Shown here: one piece after another, positions 46,862 through 57,159 of the stretch | Layout of the letters: each line of letters begins with the position of its first letter | Numbering within the stretch: the stretch's first letter is position 1 | From: an uncultured Alphaproteobacteria bacterium | GTDB taxonomy: Bacteria; Pseudomonadota; Alphaproteobacteria; RF32; CAG-239 | NCBI GenBank assembly: GCA_944390915.1 | Contig: CALXRS010000004.1 | Coordinates: 269 to 64,268 of the forward strand | Length of the DNA: 64,000 bases | Reading direction: 5' to 3' | The notes under the pieces: model-generated | Told to the model about the DNA's origin: nothing | Database searches by the model: none | The model's input: only the letters and a program-made list of their open reading frames with translations | Position numbers and translations under genes: made by a program

Positions 46862-48328
46862 ATGCCGATGGAAAAAATCGATGCCGCTTCCCTGCCGCAA
46901 AACATTGAGGCGGAACAGGCTTTGCTCGGGGCGCTGCTGGCCAACAACAAAGCTTACGAACAGGTTTCCGACTTTTTGAAACCGGCTCATTTTGCCGACG
47001 CCGTCAACGCCAAAATTTATGAAGTGATTTCCCGCCTTGTTTCCCGCGGGCATGTGGCCGACACCATCACCTTAAAAAACTATTTTGAACAAGAAGGCGC
47101 CCTAAGCGACGTCGGCGGCTACAAGTATCTGGTTAAACTGGCGGAAAATTCTTCGCCGCTGACCAATCCCGAATATTATGCCCGCTACATCTATGACCAG
47201 TATCTGCGGCGCGAGCTGATAGCAACCGGTTTTGAAATTGTCAACAATGCCATGAAAGAAGATATCGACTCGTCGGCGACAAACCAGATCGAAGAGGCGG
47301 AAAAAAGACTTTACGATCTGGCGGACAAAGGCGACGGACAGCGCGGCTTTGTCGATTTTGCCGAAGCTTTGACGCAGTCGCTGACAACCATTGAAAAAGC
47401 CTATCAGCGCGAAGGCAAAATTTCCGGCATCTCCACCGGTCTCAACAATCTCGACAGGCGCACCGGCGGGTTGAACAATTCCGACCTGATTATTATTGCC
47501 GGACGTCCGGCCATGGGCAAAACGGCGCTGGCCACCAATATCGCCTATAACGTTGCCGACTGGATGTTCCGCGAGCGGGTGCTTGACGAAAAGTCGCGCG
47601 GCGTGGCGTTTTTTTCGCTGGAAATGTCCGCCGACCAGCTGGCCACCCGCGTATTGTCGAGCGCGGCCGGCATTTCGTCGCAGAAAATGCGCAACGGCGA
47701 TATCGACAACGGCGAATTTGAACGCATCGCCGAGGTGGTGCGCTCGCTTGAAAAAATGCCGCTTTACATTGACGATACGCCGGGGCTGACCATCAGCGCA
47801 ATCCGCAACCGTGCCCGCCGGCTGAAGCGCAGCAAAGGTTTGGGGCTGATTGTGATAGACTATATCCAGCTGATTACCGGTTCGGCCAACCGCGGCGAGG
47901 TTAACCGCGTGCAGGAACTTTCGGAAATTTCCCGCGGGCTGAAAATCATGGCCAAAGAACTGAACGTGCCGGTGATTGCGCTTTCCCAGCTCAACCGCGG
48001 GGTGGAAATGCGCGACGACAAGCGGCCGGTGATGTCCGACTTGCGCGAATCCGGCTCCATCGAGCAGGATGCGGACATCGTGCTGTTTGTTTATCGCGAA
48101 AACTATTATATCCAAAACGAGGAGCCCAAGGAAACCGACAAAAACTATACGCCGGAAAAACACGACAAATGGGAACAGCGGATGCAGGCCACCCGTCACC
48201 GCGCGGATGTGATTATCGGCAAGCACCGTCACGGACCGACGGGCACGGTCAAACTCGGCTGGCAGGGGGAATATGCCCTCTTTACCGATCCGATAGAAGA
48301 CAACCAGCTGCCCGAACAGATAGGATAA
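46862..48328 (+). CDS. dnaB: Replicative DNA helicase DnaB
   Basis: LPQNIEAEQALLG, GRPAMGKT, IDYIQLI, LSQLNR, DLRESGSIEQDAD, KHRHGPTG. Confidence 0.97.
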   Translation: MPMEKIDAASLPQNIEAEQALLGALLANNKAYEQVSDFLKPAHFADAVNAKIYEVISRLVSRGHVADTITLKNYFEQEGALSDVGGYKYLVKLAENSSPLTNPEYYARYIYDQYLRRELIATGFEIVNNAMKEDIDSSATNQIEEAEKRLYDLADKGDGQRGFVDFAEALTQSLTTIEKAYQREGKISGISTGLNNLDRRTGGLNNSDLIIIAGRPAMGKTALATNIAYNVADWMFRERVLDEKSRGVAFFSLEMSADQLATRVLSSAAGISSQKMRNGDIDNGEFERIAEVVRSLEKMPLYIDDTPGLTISAIRNRARRLKRSKGLGLIVIDYIQLITGSANRGEVNRVQELSEISRGLKIMAKELNVPVIALSQLNRGVEMRDDKRPVMSDLRESGSIEQDADIVLFVYRENYYIQNEEPKETDKNYTPEKHDKWEQRMQATRHRADVIIGKHRHGPTGTVKLGWQGEYALFTDPIEDNQLPEQIG

Positions 48329-48332
48329 GCCG

Positions 48333-48842
48333 ATGACGACGGCAAAAAAACATTATGTTGTTACCATTGCCCGCCGCGATCCGGCGGCGGAAGCAAAAGA
48401 AACGGCGGAACCTTTTTTCTGGAAAAAGAAAAAACTGGAAGAAATGAACCCCACCGAATGGGAGCTTTTGTGCGACGGCTGCGGCAAATGCTGTCTGAAC
48501 AAGCTGGATATTGACGGCAAAATCTGTTTTACCTGCGTGCGCTGCCGCTTTCTTGACGCCAAAAGCTGCCTTTGCCGAATCTATGAAAACCGTTTTGCCA
48601 AAGTGCCCGACTGTCGGTTGGTGGACTTGCGCGCCGTGCGTGAAAAGCCCCGCTTTTTGCCGAAAACCTGCGCCTATTGGCTGTTGGACAACGGTTACGA
48701 TCTGCCCTCCTGGCATCCGCTGGTCAGCGGCGACAGAGAAAGCGTGCACCGAGCCGGGCAATCTCTCCGCGGCCGACTGATTATCTCCGAATCGGAGGTG
48801 AAACACTATGAAGATTACATTGTTGACTGGCAAGACGTTTGA
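48333..48842 (+). CDS. YcgN/UPF0260 cysteine-cluster protein
   Basis: EWELLCDGCGKCCL, CRIYENR, LPKTCAY, WHPLVSG. Confidence 0.9.
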   Translation: MTTAKKHYVVTIARRDPAAEAKETAEPFFWKKKKLEEMNPTEWELLCDGCGKCCLNKLDIDGKICFTCVRCRFLDAKSCLCRIYENRFAKVPDCRLVDLRAVREKPRFLPKTCAYWLLDNGYDLPSWHPLVSGDRESVHRAGQSLRGRLIISESEVKHYEDYIVDWQDV

Positions 48843-49518
48843 GGTGGAAAACGGTACGGATTTACCGATAAAAGCCGTCTGCACGTCCCGTTGCCGCCGG
48901 CTCAGCCTGCGTATTGATCAAAAGGAACGGCGGGCGGTGCTCAATATGCCGCCGCGCTGTTCGGTTGCCCGCGCGCTGCAGTTTGTTGCCAAAAACCGCG
49001 CCTGGGTGGAGGCGCATTTGCTGGTGTTGCCCGAACGGCGTCGCTTTGCCGCCGGCGACGAGATTCTTTTGTTCGGCGAAAAATTTGTCATCCGCCATTG
49101 TCCGGCGTTGAAAAGCGGCGTTGTTGCCGCAGACGGAGAGCTCAAAGTTTCCGGCGAAGAGGCGTTTTTGTCTCGGCGGGTGCGCGATTTTATCCGCCGA
49201 CTGGCCGCAAAAAAACTGGCCGAGATGACCCGGGCGAAAGCGGAAATGCTGGGGCGCAAAGCGGGGCGGATAACCATCAAAGACACCAAATCGCGCTGGG
49301 GCAGCTGCTCAACCCTGAACAACATAAATTATAACTGGCGGATTGCTTTGGCGCCGGCCATGGCCATCGATTATCTGGTTGCCCACGAAACGGCGCATCT
49401 TGTACATCGCGATCATTCGCCGGCTTTCTGGAATTGCGTCGGCAAACTCAGTCCCTTTGCCGAAGAAGGGCGCGCCTGGCTGAAAAAAAACGGCGCCCTG
49501 CTCTATGCCTATGAGTAA
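48808..49518 (+). CDS. YgjP/DUF45-like zinc metallopeptidase-family protein
   Basis: KSRWGSCS, DYLVAHETAHL (HExxH), HSPAFW. Confidence 0.9.
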   Translation: MKITLLTGKTFEVENGTDLPIKAVCTSRCRRLSLRIDQKERRAVLNMPPRCSVARALQFVAKNRAWVEAHLLVLPERRRFAAGDEILLFGEKFVIRHCPALKSGVVAADGELKVSGEEAFLSRRVRDFIRRLAAKKLAEMTRAKAEMLGRKAGRITIKDTKSRWGSCSTLNNINYNWRIALAPAMAIDYLVAHETAHLVHRDHSPAFWNCVGKLSPFAEEGRAWLKKNGALLYAYE

Positions 49519-49593
49519 TCTGCTTGATTTATCAAAAATAAAAAACTATATTGTTAAACAGATGTCATCTGATTTTATTGTAAGGAGAAATTT

Positions 49594-50331
49594 ATGTTTG
49601 AAAACAAGCCTGAACTGGCAAAAAACTATACCGACGTCGGCATTGAGAGAACCAATGTGGACGATGGTCTGCGCGCTTATCTGGTCAGCGTGTACAACCA
49701 TATGGCCGGCGCGCTGGCAGTGACTGCGGCGGCCGCGTTTCTGGTGGCCAACACCTCGCTCATTACCCTGATGTTCAACCCTCAGACAGGCGGTATGTCG
49801 GTTTTGGGATGGTTGTTTTTGTTGTCGCCGCTGATTGTTATTTTCGGTTTCAACTGGGTGCTTGCCCGCGGCAGCCTGGCGCAGGTACGCGGCGTGTTTT
49901 GGCTCTATTCGGCGTTGATGGGGTTTTCGCTGGCGCCGATTTTCCTGGTTTATACGCAGGCCAGCATGGTGCGCGTGTTCCTGATTACGGCGGCCATGTT
50001 CGGCGCTATGAGCATCTACGGCACGGTCACCAAGCGTGATCTGACGTCGATGGGTTCGTTCCTGATTATGGGATTGTGGGGCGTGATTATCGCCAGTCTG
50101 GTTAACCTGTTTATGCAGAGCCCGGCTCTTTATTATGCGCTGTCGTTTGTGTCGGTGATTATCTTTACCGGTCTGACGGCTTACGATACCCAGAAAATCC
50201 GCCGGATTTACATGTCCGCCGACACCGAGGATTCGATGACCCGCAAGGTGTTGATGGGGGCGCTCGAGCTTTATCTGGACTTTATCAACCTGTTTTTGGC
50301 ACTGCTGCGCCTGATGGGCGATCGCAAATAA
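49594..50331 (+). CDS. Bax inhibitor-1/YccA family membrane protein
   Basis: GLRAYLVSVYNHM, GLTAYDTQKI, ALELYLDFINLF. Confidence 0.93.
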   Translation: MFENKPELAKNYTDVGIERTNVDDGLRAYLVSVYNHMAGALAVTAAAAFLVANTSLITLMFNPQTGGMSVLGWLFLLSPLIVIFGFNWVLARGSLAQVRGVFWLYSALMGFSLAPIFLVYTQASMVRVFLITAAMFGAMSIYGTVTKRDLTSMGSFLIMGLWGVIIASLVNLFMQSPALYYALSFVSVIIFTGLTAYDTQKIRRIYMSADTEDSMTRKVLMGALELYLDFINLFLALLRLMGDRK

Positions 50332-50499
50332 GAGCTTCGTTCTCTTTTATAAAGACGCATTTCGTTTTCCTGCCCGCTTGAAAAAAACGCGGGCGGGAAA
50401 ATTTTTGTTTCTTCCTTGCAAAAGGCTTGCGTTTTGGCTATAAACGCCTTAAATATCCAAGCAAAAGAAACGGCTAATCAAAAAGAAAGCATAACGGTT

Positions 50500-51630
50500 A
50501 TGAGCAAACAGGACTTTTATGAAACACTGGAAGTGTCCAAAGGGGCGACGGTTGAAGAAATCAAAAAATCGTACCGCAGGCTGGCGATGAAGTATCATCC
50601 CGACCATAACCAGGGCAATGCGGAAGCCGAGGCCAAATTCAAAGCCATTAACGAGGCCTACGAAGTTTTGAAAGACGAACAGAAACGCGCGGCCTATGAC
50701 CGTTACGGCCATGCGGCGTTTGAACAGGGCGCCGGCGGCGGCAACCCGTTTGATTTTGGTTTCGGCGGCGGTTTCGGCGATATTTTTTCCGAGGTTTTTT
50801 CCGATATTATGGGCGGCGGTCGCAGGAGCAGCGCGGCTTCGGCCGGACGCCACGGCGAAGATTTGCGCTACGATCTGTCCGTTTCGCTTGAAGAGGCCTA
50901 TCACGGACTGGAAAAAGAAATCTCTTTTCCGACGGAAAAAGTTTGCGACAAATGCAACGGGTTCGGTACCAAAGACGGCAAAGAGCCGCCGGTTTGCCCG
51001 ACCTGCCGCGGCAGCGGGCGGGTTCATCGCCAGCATGGTTTTATGATTATGGAAACGGTTTGTCCGGACTGCGGCGGACGCGGGCGAAAAGTTAAAGACG
51101 CCTGTCCGGAGTGCGGCGGCAAAGGCACCGTTCCTTTTACCAAAGAACTGAAAATAAAAATTCCCGCCGGCATAGAGGACGGCACACGGATAAGGCTTGC
51201 CGGCGAAGGCATGCCCGGCGTGGGCGGCGGCGCAAACGGTGATTTGTACATTTTTGTGAATGTTGGCGAGCATAAGCTCTACAGCCGCGAAGGCGCCGAT
51301 TTGTTCGTGCAGATACCGGTGTCGATGGCCTGTGCGGCGTTGGGCGGCAAAGTTGAGATTCCCGCCATTGACGGCCACAAGATAGAGGTTAAGGTAGCGG
51401 CCGGAACGCAAAGCGGCGCCCGGTTGAAAATCAAAGGCGAGGGTATGCCGAAGATTCGTTCGGTGGATAAGGGCGACCTGTGGATTGAGTTCAAAGTGGA
51501 AACGCCCGTCAACCTGAACGCCAGACAAAAAGAGCTGCTGGAAGAGTTTCGCGCTCTGAGCGGCGACGACAGCTGCCAGCCGGCGGAAAAAAGTTTTTTT
51601 GAAAAAATAAAAGATTTGTTTGCCGCTTAA
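50500..51630 (+). CDS. dnaJ: Chaperone DnaJ
   Basis: HPD J-domain, G/F region, four CxxCxGxG repeats. Confidence 0.97.
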   Translation: MSKQDFYETLEVSKGATVEEIKKSYRRLAMKYHPDHNQGNAEAEAKFKAINEAYEVLKDEQKRAAYDRYGHAAFEQGAGGGNPFDFGFGGGFGDIFSEVFSDIMGGGRRSSAASAGRHGEDLRYDLSVSLEEAYHGLEKEISFPTEKVCDKCNGFGTKDGKEPPVCPTCRGSGRVHRQHGFMIMETVCPDCGGRGRKVKDACPECGGKGTVPFTKELKIKIPAGIEDGTRIRLAGEGMPGVGGGANGDLYIFVNVGEHKLYSREGADLFVQIPVSMACAALGGKVEIPAIDGHKIEVKVAAGTQSGARLKIKGEGMPKIRSVDKGDLWIEFKVETPVNLNARQKELLEEFRALSGDDSCQPAEKSFFEKIKDLFAA

Positions 51631-51711
51631 ACAAAAAATATTTGCTTTTTGTCCAAAATAGGTTATAATTTCTTTCGTGAAAACTGATTATTAATTTAAT
51701 ACATTGTGTTT

Positions 51712-52164
51712 ATGAAAGAAGTAAAAATCATTCTTCCCGAATTGTTGGAAAAATTGGAACATATGGATTTTTCCGTATGCCCGAGCGAAGATTTGCTGAA
51801 GTTTGCGGCCAAAACCAAAGCCATCTGCCGAATCTTGTCTTCGGAAGTTGTGCCGACCTCGCCTCTGTCTGCCGTTTTGAACGGTCTGCGCCACAGTTTG
51901 CAACGCATGGAGGCGGAACTTCAGCGCCGCAACATTTGTCTTGTGGAGATAGATGACTTTATCGATCTGATAAGGGAAAACAAAGAAGCCATGGCGGAGA
52001 TGCTGAAAAGCTATCCTTTTGCCGAACTGTTGCATCTTTCTTCCGAATTGGAACGCAAAACCGCGGCAGAGAACGGCGAAAACTCTTCCTGGGCGGTGTT
52101 GCTGGACTTGGTTGACAGTGAAATCTGCCGCCGCAGCAGGCCTAAGTCGGGTGTTATGTCCTAA
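51712..52164 (+). CDS. Hypothetical helical protein
   Basis: 150 aa; AT-rich upstream promoter region; resembles the next gene. Confidence 0.7.
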   Translation: MKEVKIILPELLEKLEHMDFSVCPSEDLLKFAAKTKAICRILSSEVVPTSPLSAVLNGLRHSLQRMEAELQRRNICLVEIDDFIDLIRENKEAMAEMLKSYPFAELLHLSSELERKTAAENGENSSWAVLLDLVDSEICRRSRPKSGVMS

Positions 52165-52196
52165 CTTAATTTATTAACCAATTAATTATTTAATTT

Positions 52197-52628
52197 ATGA
52201 ACTTAAACATTGATGTCGACAGAATGCTCAAATCGCTGGAAAAAGAAAACTTCCATCTGCTTGATGACGAGCGTTTGTGTCAGCTGGCCATTGAAGTGCG
52301 CACCGCGCTGATTGTTTTGCGCGACGAGCAGGCCGCTTTGCCGGGAGCCGCGGAAGCCGTGGAGCTTTTTGAAAGCTATGACAAAGTGCTCGGAGCGGAA
52401 CTGGAAACCCGCGGTTATCGCGTAGCCGACAGCGCGACATTGTTGTCCGCCGATGCAGAGGAAATTGCCGAGGCTTTGATTGACCTTGATTTTCAGACGC
52501 TTCTGGATTGGTCCGATTCCTTAAAGAATACGGCCGAAAATAACGAAGAAGATGCCTATATGCTGTCTTTCGTCAACGAAGAAATACACCGTCGAACGCT
52601 TGAGCTTAACGGTGGTATGTGCAGCTAG
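52197..52628 (+). CDS. Hypothetical acidic helical protein, probable paralog of upstream gene
   Basis: 143 aa; shared pattern with 51712-52164; followed by terminator. Confidence 0.7.
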   Translation: MNLNIDVDRMLKSLEKENFHLLDDERLCQLAIEVRTALIVLRDEQAALPGAAEAVELFESYDKVLGAELETRGYRVADSATLLSADAEEIAEALIDLDFQTLLDWSDSLKNTAENNEEDAYMLSFVNEEIHRRTLELNGGMCS

Positions 52629-52646
52629 AAAGCGTCTTACGAACTT

Positions 52647-52683
52647 AAAAAACAGCCAACCTTTGCGGTCGGCTGTTTTTTTT
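52647..52683. terminator. Bidirectional terminator
   Basis: aaaaaacagccaacc-tttgc-ggtcggctgtttttttt. Confidence 0.8.
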
Positions 52684-52698
52684 GTAAGATTTTGGCGC

Positions 52699-54219
52699 TT
52701 ATTCCACCATCGGAAACAGCGGATCGCCGACTTTTACGGTCGTGCCGGCGGCGAGTTTGAACGGCGTAAAATCCGCTTTGAAAGAAACCTGAGCCAACCC
52801 CAGCGAATCTTCTATTTTGCGGGCGCTGGCGGGAGTCAGCGGATACATGGCCAGCCCGATCAGCCGCAAACATTCCAGCGTGGTATAGACCACGGCTTCG
52901 AAACGTTCGCGTTGTTCCGGTTTTTTGGCCAGAACCCAGGGTTCGTTGGCGGCAAAATAGGCATTGACGGCGTCGCCGGCTTTGACAACGCTGTCGGCCA
53001 GTTCGCTGATGACCTCAAGCGACAGCTCCTGACTGAACAGGCGTGTAAATCTGTCGGCAATGCCGCTCACGAGTTTTTTGTCGTCGTCGTTCAGGCTGTC
53101 GGCGGAAGGAACCTTTCCGTCGAGGCTTTTCTGAGTCATTTTCAAAACCCGCATTTGCAGGTTGCCGATATTGTTGGCAAGAATTTTATACCCCTGTTTG
53201 AGCATCGGTATGCTGATTTGCGAATCGCCGCCCAGGGTCATATTGTGGATGAGGTAAAAACGCAGGGCGTCTACCCCGAGCAGGCGGATAACCTCTACCG
53301 GATCAACCACGTTGCCGAGAGATTTGGACATTTTAACCCCGCCTTCGCCGATCCAGTAGCCGTGGATAAAATAGTGCCGAACCGGCGCCACGCCGAGCGC
53401 GTGCAGCATAATCGGCCAATAGATGCAGTGCGGTTTTAAGATGTCTTTGGCAATCAGGTGGTGCGAGTTGGCCCAGATTTCTTCAAAATCCGGATTGTGT
53501 CCGTAATTGAGGGTGGAAATATAATTAACCAGCGCGTCAAACCAAATATAGGTGACGTAATCGTGGTCAAAAGGCAGCTCCACGCCCAGCCATACCCGCG
53601 ACTTCGGGCGGGAAATGCACAGGTCGTCCAGAGGTTCTTTAAGCATGCCGAGAACTTCGTTGGCGTATTTGGCCGGCTGAATCCAGTCCGGATGGGTGTT
53701 GATATAGTCTATCAGCCATTGGCGATAAGGTTCCAGCCGGAAAAAATAGTTTTCTTCGCTGATGGCTTTCGGAGCTTTTTTGTGGTCGGGGCAGCAGCCG
53801 TTTTCGTCCAAATCGGATTTTTTCTTGAACTGCTCGCAGCCTTCGCAATAAAGTCCTTCGTACGATTTTTTGACAATCAGTCCACGGTCGTAAATGGTTT
53901 GCAAAATTTCCTGCACGATTTTTTTGTGCTCCGGTCGGGAAGTGCGTACGAAATAGTCGAAATCGATGCCGAGATCGACAAACAGATTGCGGAAGTTTTC
54001 GCTCTGACGGGTGAGAAATTCGTCGGCAGAAAGACCGCTTTCTTCAATGCTGTGCTGGTTTTTCTGTCCGTGCTCGTCGGTGCCGGTGGTATAATATACT
54101 TCGTTGCCCCGCATGGTTTCAAACTTTTTCATCACGTCGCCGAGGATGGAGGTGTAGGCGTGCCCGATGTGGGGCAGCCCGTTCAAATAGTAAATCGGGG
54201 TGGTAATATATTTTTTCAT
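52699..54219 (-). CDS. metG: Methionine--tRNA ligase
   Basis: YITTPIYY, PHIGH, TGTDEHG, YIWFDAL, KMSKS. Confidence 0.97.
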   Translation of the reverse strand: MKKYITTPIYYLNGLPHIGHAYTSILGDVMKKFETMRGNEVYYTTGTDEHGQKNQHSIEESGLSADEFLTRQSENFRNLFVDLGIDFDYFVRTSRPEHKKIVQEILQTIYDRGLIVKKSYEGLYCEGCEQFKKKSDLDENGCCPDHKKAPKAISEENYFFRLEPYRQWLIDYINTHPDWIQPAKYANEVLGMLKEPLDDLCISRPKSRVWLGVELPFDHDYVTYIWFDALVNYISTLNYGHNPDFEEIWANSHHLIAKDILKPHCIYWPIMLHALGVAPVRHYFIHGYWIGEGGVKMSKSLGNVVDPVEVIRLLGVDALRFYLIHNMTLGGDSQISIPMLKQGYKILANNIGNLQMRVLKMTQKSLDGKVPSADSLNDDDKKLVSGIADRFTRLFSQELSLEVISELADSVVKAGDAVNAYFAANEPWVLAKKPEQRERFEAVVYTTLECLRLIGLAMYPLTPASARKIEDSLGLAQVSFKADFTPFKLAAGTTVKVGDPLFPMVE

Positions 54220-54409
54220 CGGCAGTTCTCCTTGTTTGGCAAAAATCGAATCTGCCGCGCAGAGTATAACAAGTTGCCCTCAAAATCAACGCCTTTTTTG
54301 CTTTCGGCAACCTGCGGCGGAACAAAAAAATGCACCGCGGCGCAAAAAAAGCTTTTATTTTTTGAAATATGTGCTATAGATAACGTATCCTTTCATAATA
54401 GTATGGTTG

Positions 54410-54437
54410 AAAGTGGGGCCGAAAGCCCCGCTTTTTT
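54410..54437 (+). promoter_or_regulatory. rimP-nusA leader hairpin/attenuator
   Basis: aaagtggggc-cgaaa-gccccgctttttt immediately upstream of rimP. Confidence 0.65.
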
Positions 54438-54458
54438 GTTAGTAACAAAGGAGATTTT

Positions 54459-54992
54459 ATGCAAATACAACATCCGCTGCAGGCACTGGTGGAACCGTTG
54501 ACCGAAGAACTGGGTTATGAGCTGGTGCGCATTATCACCATCGGCAACGTCAACCCGACGGTGCAGATTATGATTGACCGCAAAGACGGCGAAAACATTA
54601 CCGTCGACGATTGCGCCGCCGTCAGCCGCGCCGTTTCCGCCCTGCTTGACGAAAAAGACCCGATCGACGGCCGTTATAATCTGGAGGTGAGTTCGCCCGG
54701 GCTTGACCGGCCGCTGACCAAGCTTGAGCATTTTGCCCGCTTTGCCGGTTTTGACGCCAAAATAGAAACCGACGAGGCCATCGACGGCCGCAAACGTTTT
54801 AAGGGTAAAATAGTCCGCACGGAAGACAACGGCGATATTGTCATGGCAACGGATACGGAAGAATTTGCCGTGCCCTTTGCCGCCGTTGCCAAAGCCAAGC
54901 TGCTTTTGACCGACGAACTTCTGGCCGCGGTCGCCGCCGATGACGGGGAGGAGCCGGCGGAGCTCGAAGCCGATGAAGAAACGGTGGAATAA
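54459..54992 (+). CDS. rimP: Ribosome maturation factor RimP
   Basis: ITVDDCA, YNLEVSSPGLDRPL. Confidence 0.95.
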   Translation: MQIQHPLQALVEPLTEELGYELVRIITIGNVNPTVQIMIDRKDGENITVDDCAAVSRAVSALLDEKDPIDGRYNLEVSSPGLDRPLTKLEHFARFAGFDAKIETDEAIDGRKRFKGKIVRTEDNGDIVMATDTEEFAVPFAAVAKAKLLLTDELLAAVAADDGEEPAELEADEETVE

Positions 54993-55037
54993 AGACCTTG
55001 TAACCCGTATTAATCAAAATTAGTGACAGAGGAAAAA

Positions 55038-56573
55038 ATGCCAAATATCGAAAATATGCCAAGACCGGAAATTGTTTCGGTAGCCGACACCGTAGCCCGC
55101 GAAAAAAATATCGACAGGGAAGACGTTTTTGTGGCCATGGAAGTGGCTATCCAGAAAGCCGCCCGTTCGCGTTACGGTTTTGAGCACGACATCCGTGCCA
55201 AAATTGACCGCAAAACCGGCGCCATTACTTTGGAACGTTATCGCGAAGTGGTGGACGAGGTCGAAAACGAAGTGACCCAGCTGACGGCTGACGAAGCGCA
55301 AAAATACAAACCGGGCGCCAAAGTCGGCGATTTTATCATCGATCCGCTGCCGCCGCTTGATTTCGGCCGCGTGGCCGCACAGACGGGCAAACAGGTCATC
55401 GTGCAGAAAATCCGCGACGCCGAACGCAACCGCCAGTATGAGGAATATAAGGAAAAACTGGGCACCATCGTCAACGGCACGGTCAAACGCATCGAGTTCG
55501 GCAACGTTATTCTTGATATCGGCAAAACCGAAGCCGTGCTTCGCCGCGACGAAATTATCCCGCGGGAAAAATTCAAAAACGGCGACCGCGTGCGCGCCTA
55601 TGTGCTGGACGTCCGCCGCGAGACCAAAGGGCCGCAGATTTTCCTGTCGCGCACCTGTCCGGAGTTTTTGGCCGCTTTGTTCACGCAGGAAGTTCCGGAA
55701 ATTTATGACGGCATTGTCAAAATCATGGGGGTTGCCCGCGATCCGGGTTCCAAAGCCAAACTGGCGGTGAAGGCCGAAGACGTTACCATCGATCCGGTCG
55801 GCGCCTGCGTGGGGCTGCGCGGCATCCGCGTGCAGGCGGTGGTGACCGAACTGCAGGGCGAAAAAATCGACATTATTCCCTATTCCGAAGATCGGGCGCA
55901 ATATATCGTCAGCGCGCTGGCGCCGGCCGAGGTGACCAAAGTGGTTCTGGATGAGGAAAACAACCGCATTGAAGCCGTGGTTGCCAAAGAGCAGTTTTCG
56001 ATAGCCATCGGCCGCCGCGGGCAAAACGTCAAATTGGCTTCGCAGCTTTTGAACTGCGATATCGACGTGCTGACGGAAGAGCAGGAAGCCGAACGCCGCT
56101 CCAATGAAAACAAAGTGCGGTCGCAGCGGTTTATGGAAGCTTTGGATGTTGACGAGATGATTGCTCATCTGCTGATTGCCGAAGGTTTTTCGACCGTTGA
56201 CGAAGTGGCGCTGGTGCCGCTTTCCGAACTGGCCGAAATTGAAGGCTTTGACGAAGACATAGCCACCGAGCTGCAAAGCCGCGCCAAAGAGTTTGTGGCC
56301 AACCGTGATGCCGCCTTTGCCGAAAAAAGTAAGGATCTGGGTATTGACGATACCCTGAAAGCGGCGGCCGGTCTGGATCAGGATATGATTTTGACGCTGG
56401 CCGAAAAAGGCGTGAAAACGCTGGATGACCTGGCCGATCTGGCGGCCGACGAGCTTATCGAAATGCTTGGCGAGAACACGCTGACGCAAACGGAAGCCAA
56501 CAAGATTATCATGGCCGCCCGCGAGCACTGGTTTGAAAACGAAGGGCAAGAAGAAAGCGATGAAGGAAAATAA
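55038..56573 (+). CDS. nusA: Transcription factor NusA
   Basis: FGRVAAQ, QIFLSRT, EVPEIYDG, IDPVGACVG, AIGRRGQNV. Confidence 0.97.
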   Translation: MPNIENMPRPEIVSVADTVAREKNIDREDVFVAMEVAIQKAARSRYGFEHDIRAKIDRKTGAITLERYREVVDEVENEVTQLTADEAQKYKPGAKVGDFIIDPLPPLDFGRVAAQTGKQVIVQKIRDAERNRQYEEYKEKLGTIVNGTVKRIEFGNVILDIGKTEAVLRRDEIIPREKFKNGDRVRAYVLDVRRETKGPQIFLSRTCPEFLAALFTQEVPEIYDGIVKIMGVARDPGSKAKLAVKAEDVTIDPVGACVGLRGIRVQAVVTELQGEKIDIIPYSEDRAQYIVSALAPAEVTKVVLDEENNRIEAVVAKEQFSIAIGRRGQNVKLASQLLNCDIDVLTEEQEAERRSNENKVRSQRFMEALDVDEMIAHLLIAEGFSTVDEVALVPLSELAEIEGFDEDIATELQSRAKEFVANRDAAFAEKSKDLGIDDTLKAAAGLDQDMILTLAEKGVKTLDDLADLAADELIEMLGENTLTQTEANKIIMAAREHWFENEGQEESDEGK

Positions 56574-57159
56574 GCCCGAACGCACCTGCCTGTTGACGGG
56601 AGAAGCCAAAAGCGCCGACGAGCTGCTGCGCTTTACGCTTACTCCCGACCGGCAGGTTGTTCCCGATTTTAAGAAAAAGCTGCCGGGAAAAGGTTTTTAC
56701 ATTACCAATTCCCGCAGCGTTCTGGAACAGGCGGTCGCCAAAAATGTTTTCCGCAAGTTCGGCAAACATACGAAAGTTGCGCCGAATCTGGGGGAAATCG
56801 TTGAAAATGTCTTGAAAAACAGAGCTCTTGAGGCTATAAATCTGGCAAGAAAAGCCGGCGCGCTGATTGCCGGATTTGAAAAAGTCCGGGAAAACCTGCA
56901 AAAGGGCAAAGTTGCGTTTGTTCTGGAAGCAACGGACGCCGGCAGCGACGGAGCCGCCAAAATCGGCGCCGCCGCCCGCGATACGGAAATTCTGCGCCTG
57001 TTTTCAACGGACGAACTGGACAGGGCTCTCGGTCGGGTTAATACGGTGCATGCCGCCCTCCTGAAAGGGCAGATGGCGGAATCGGTATATCGGCAATTGA
57101 AAAAGTGGCAGAATTTCAATTCCCGGGAATTTGATGAGATGGAGAAAATTTTAGAATGA
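56560..57159 (+). CDS. YlxR/DUF448-L7Ae RNA-binding protein
   Basis: ERTCLLT, KLPGKG, LARKAG..GFEKV, HAAL; between nusA and infB. Confidence 0.88.
   Translation: MKENKPERTCLLTGEAKSADELLRFTLTPDRQVVPDFKKKLPGKGFYITNSRSVLEQAVAKNVFRKFGKHTKVAPNLGEIVENVLKNRALEAINLARKAGALIAGFEKVRENLQKGKVAFVLEATDAGSDGAAKIGAAARDTEILRLFSTDELDRALGRVNTVHAALLKGQMAESVYRQLKKWQNFNSREFDEMEKILE

Noticed and set aside
54410-54437. tmRNA 5' end (GGGGCCGAAA-like)
   Set aside because: Forms a local hairpin with a T run before rimP; no T-arm/CCA piece or tag frame nearby
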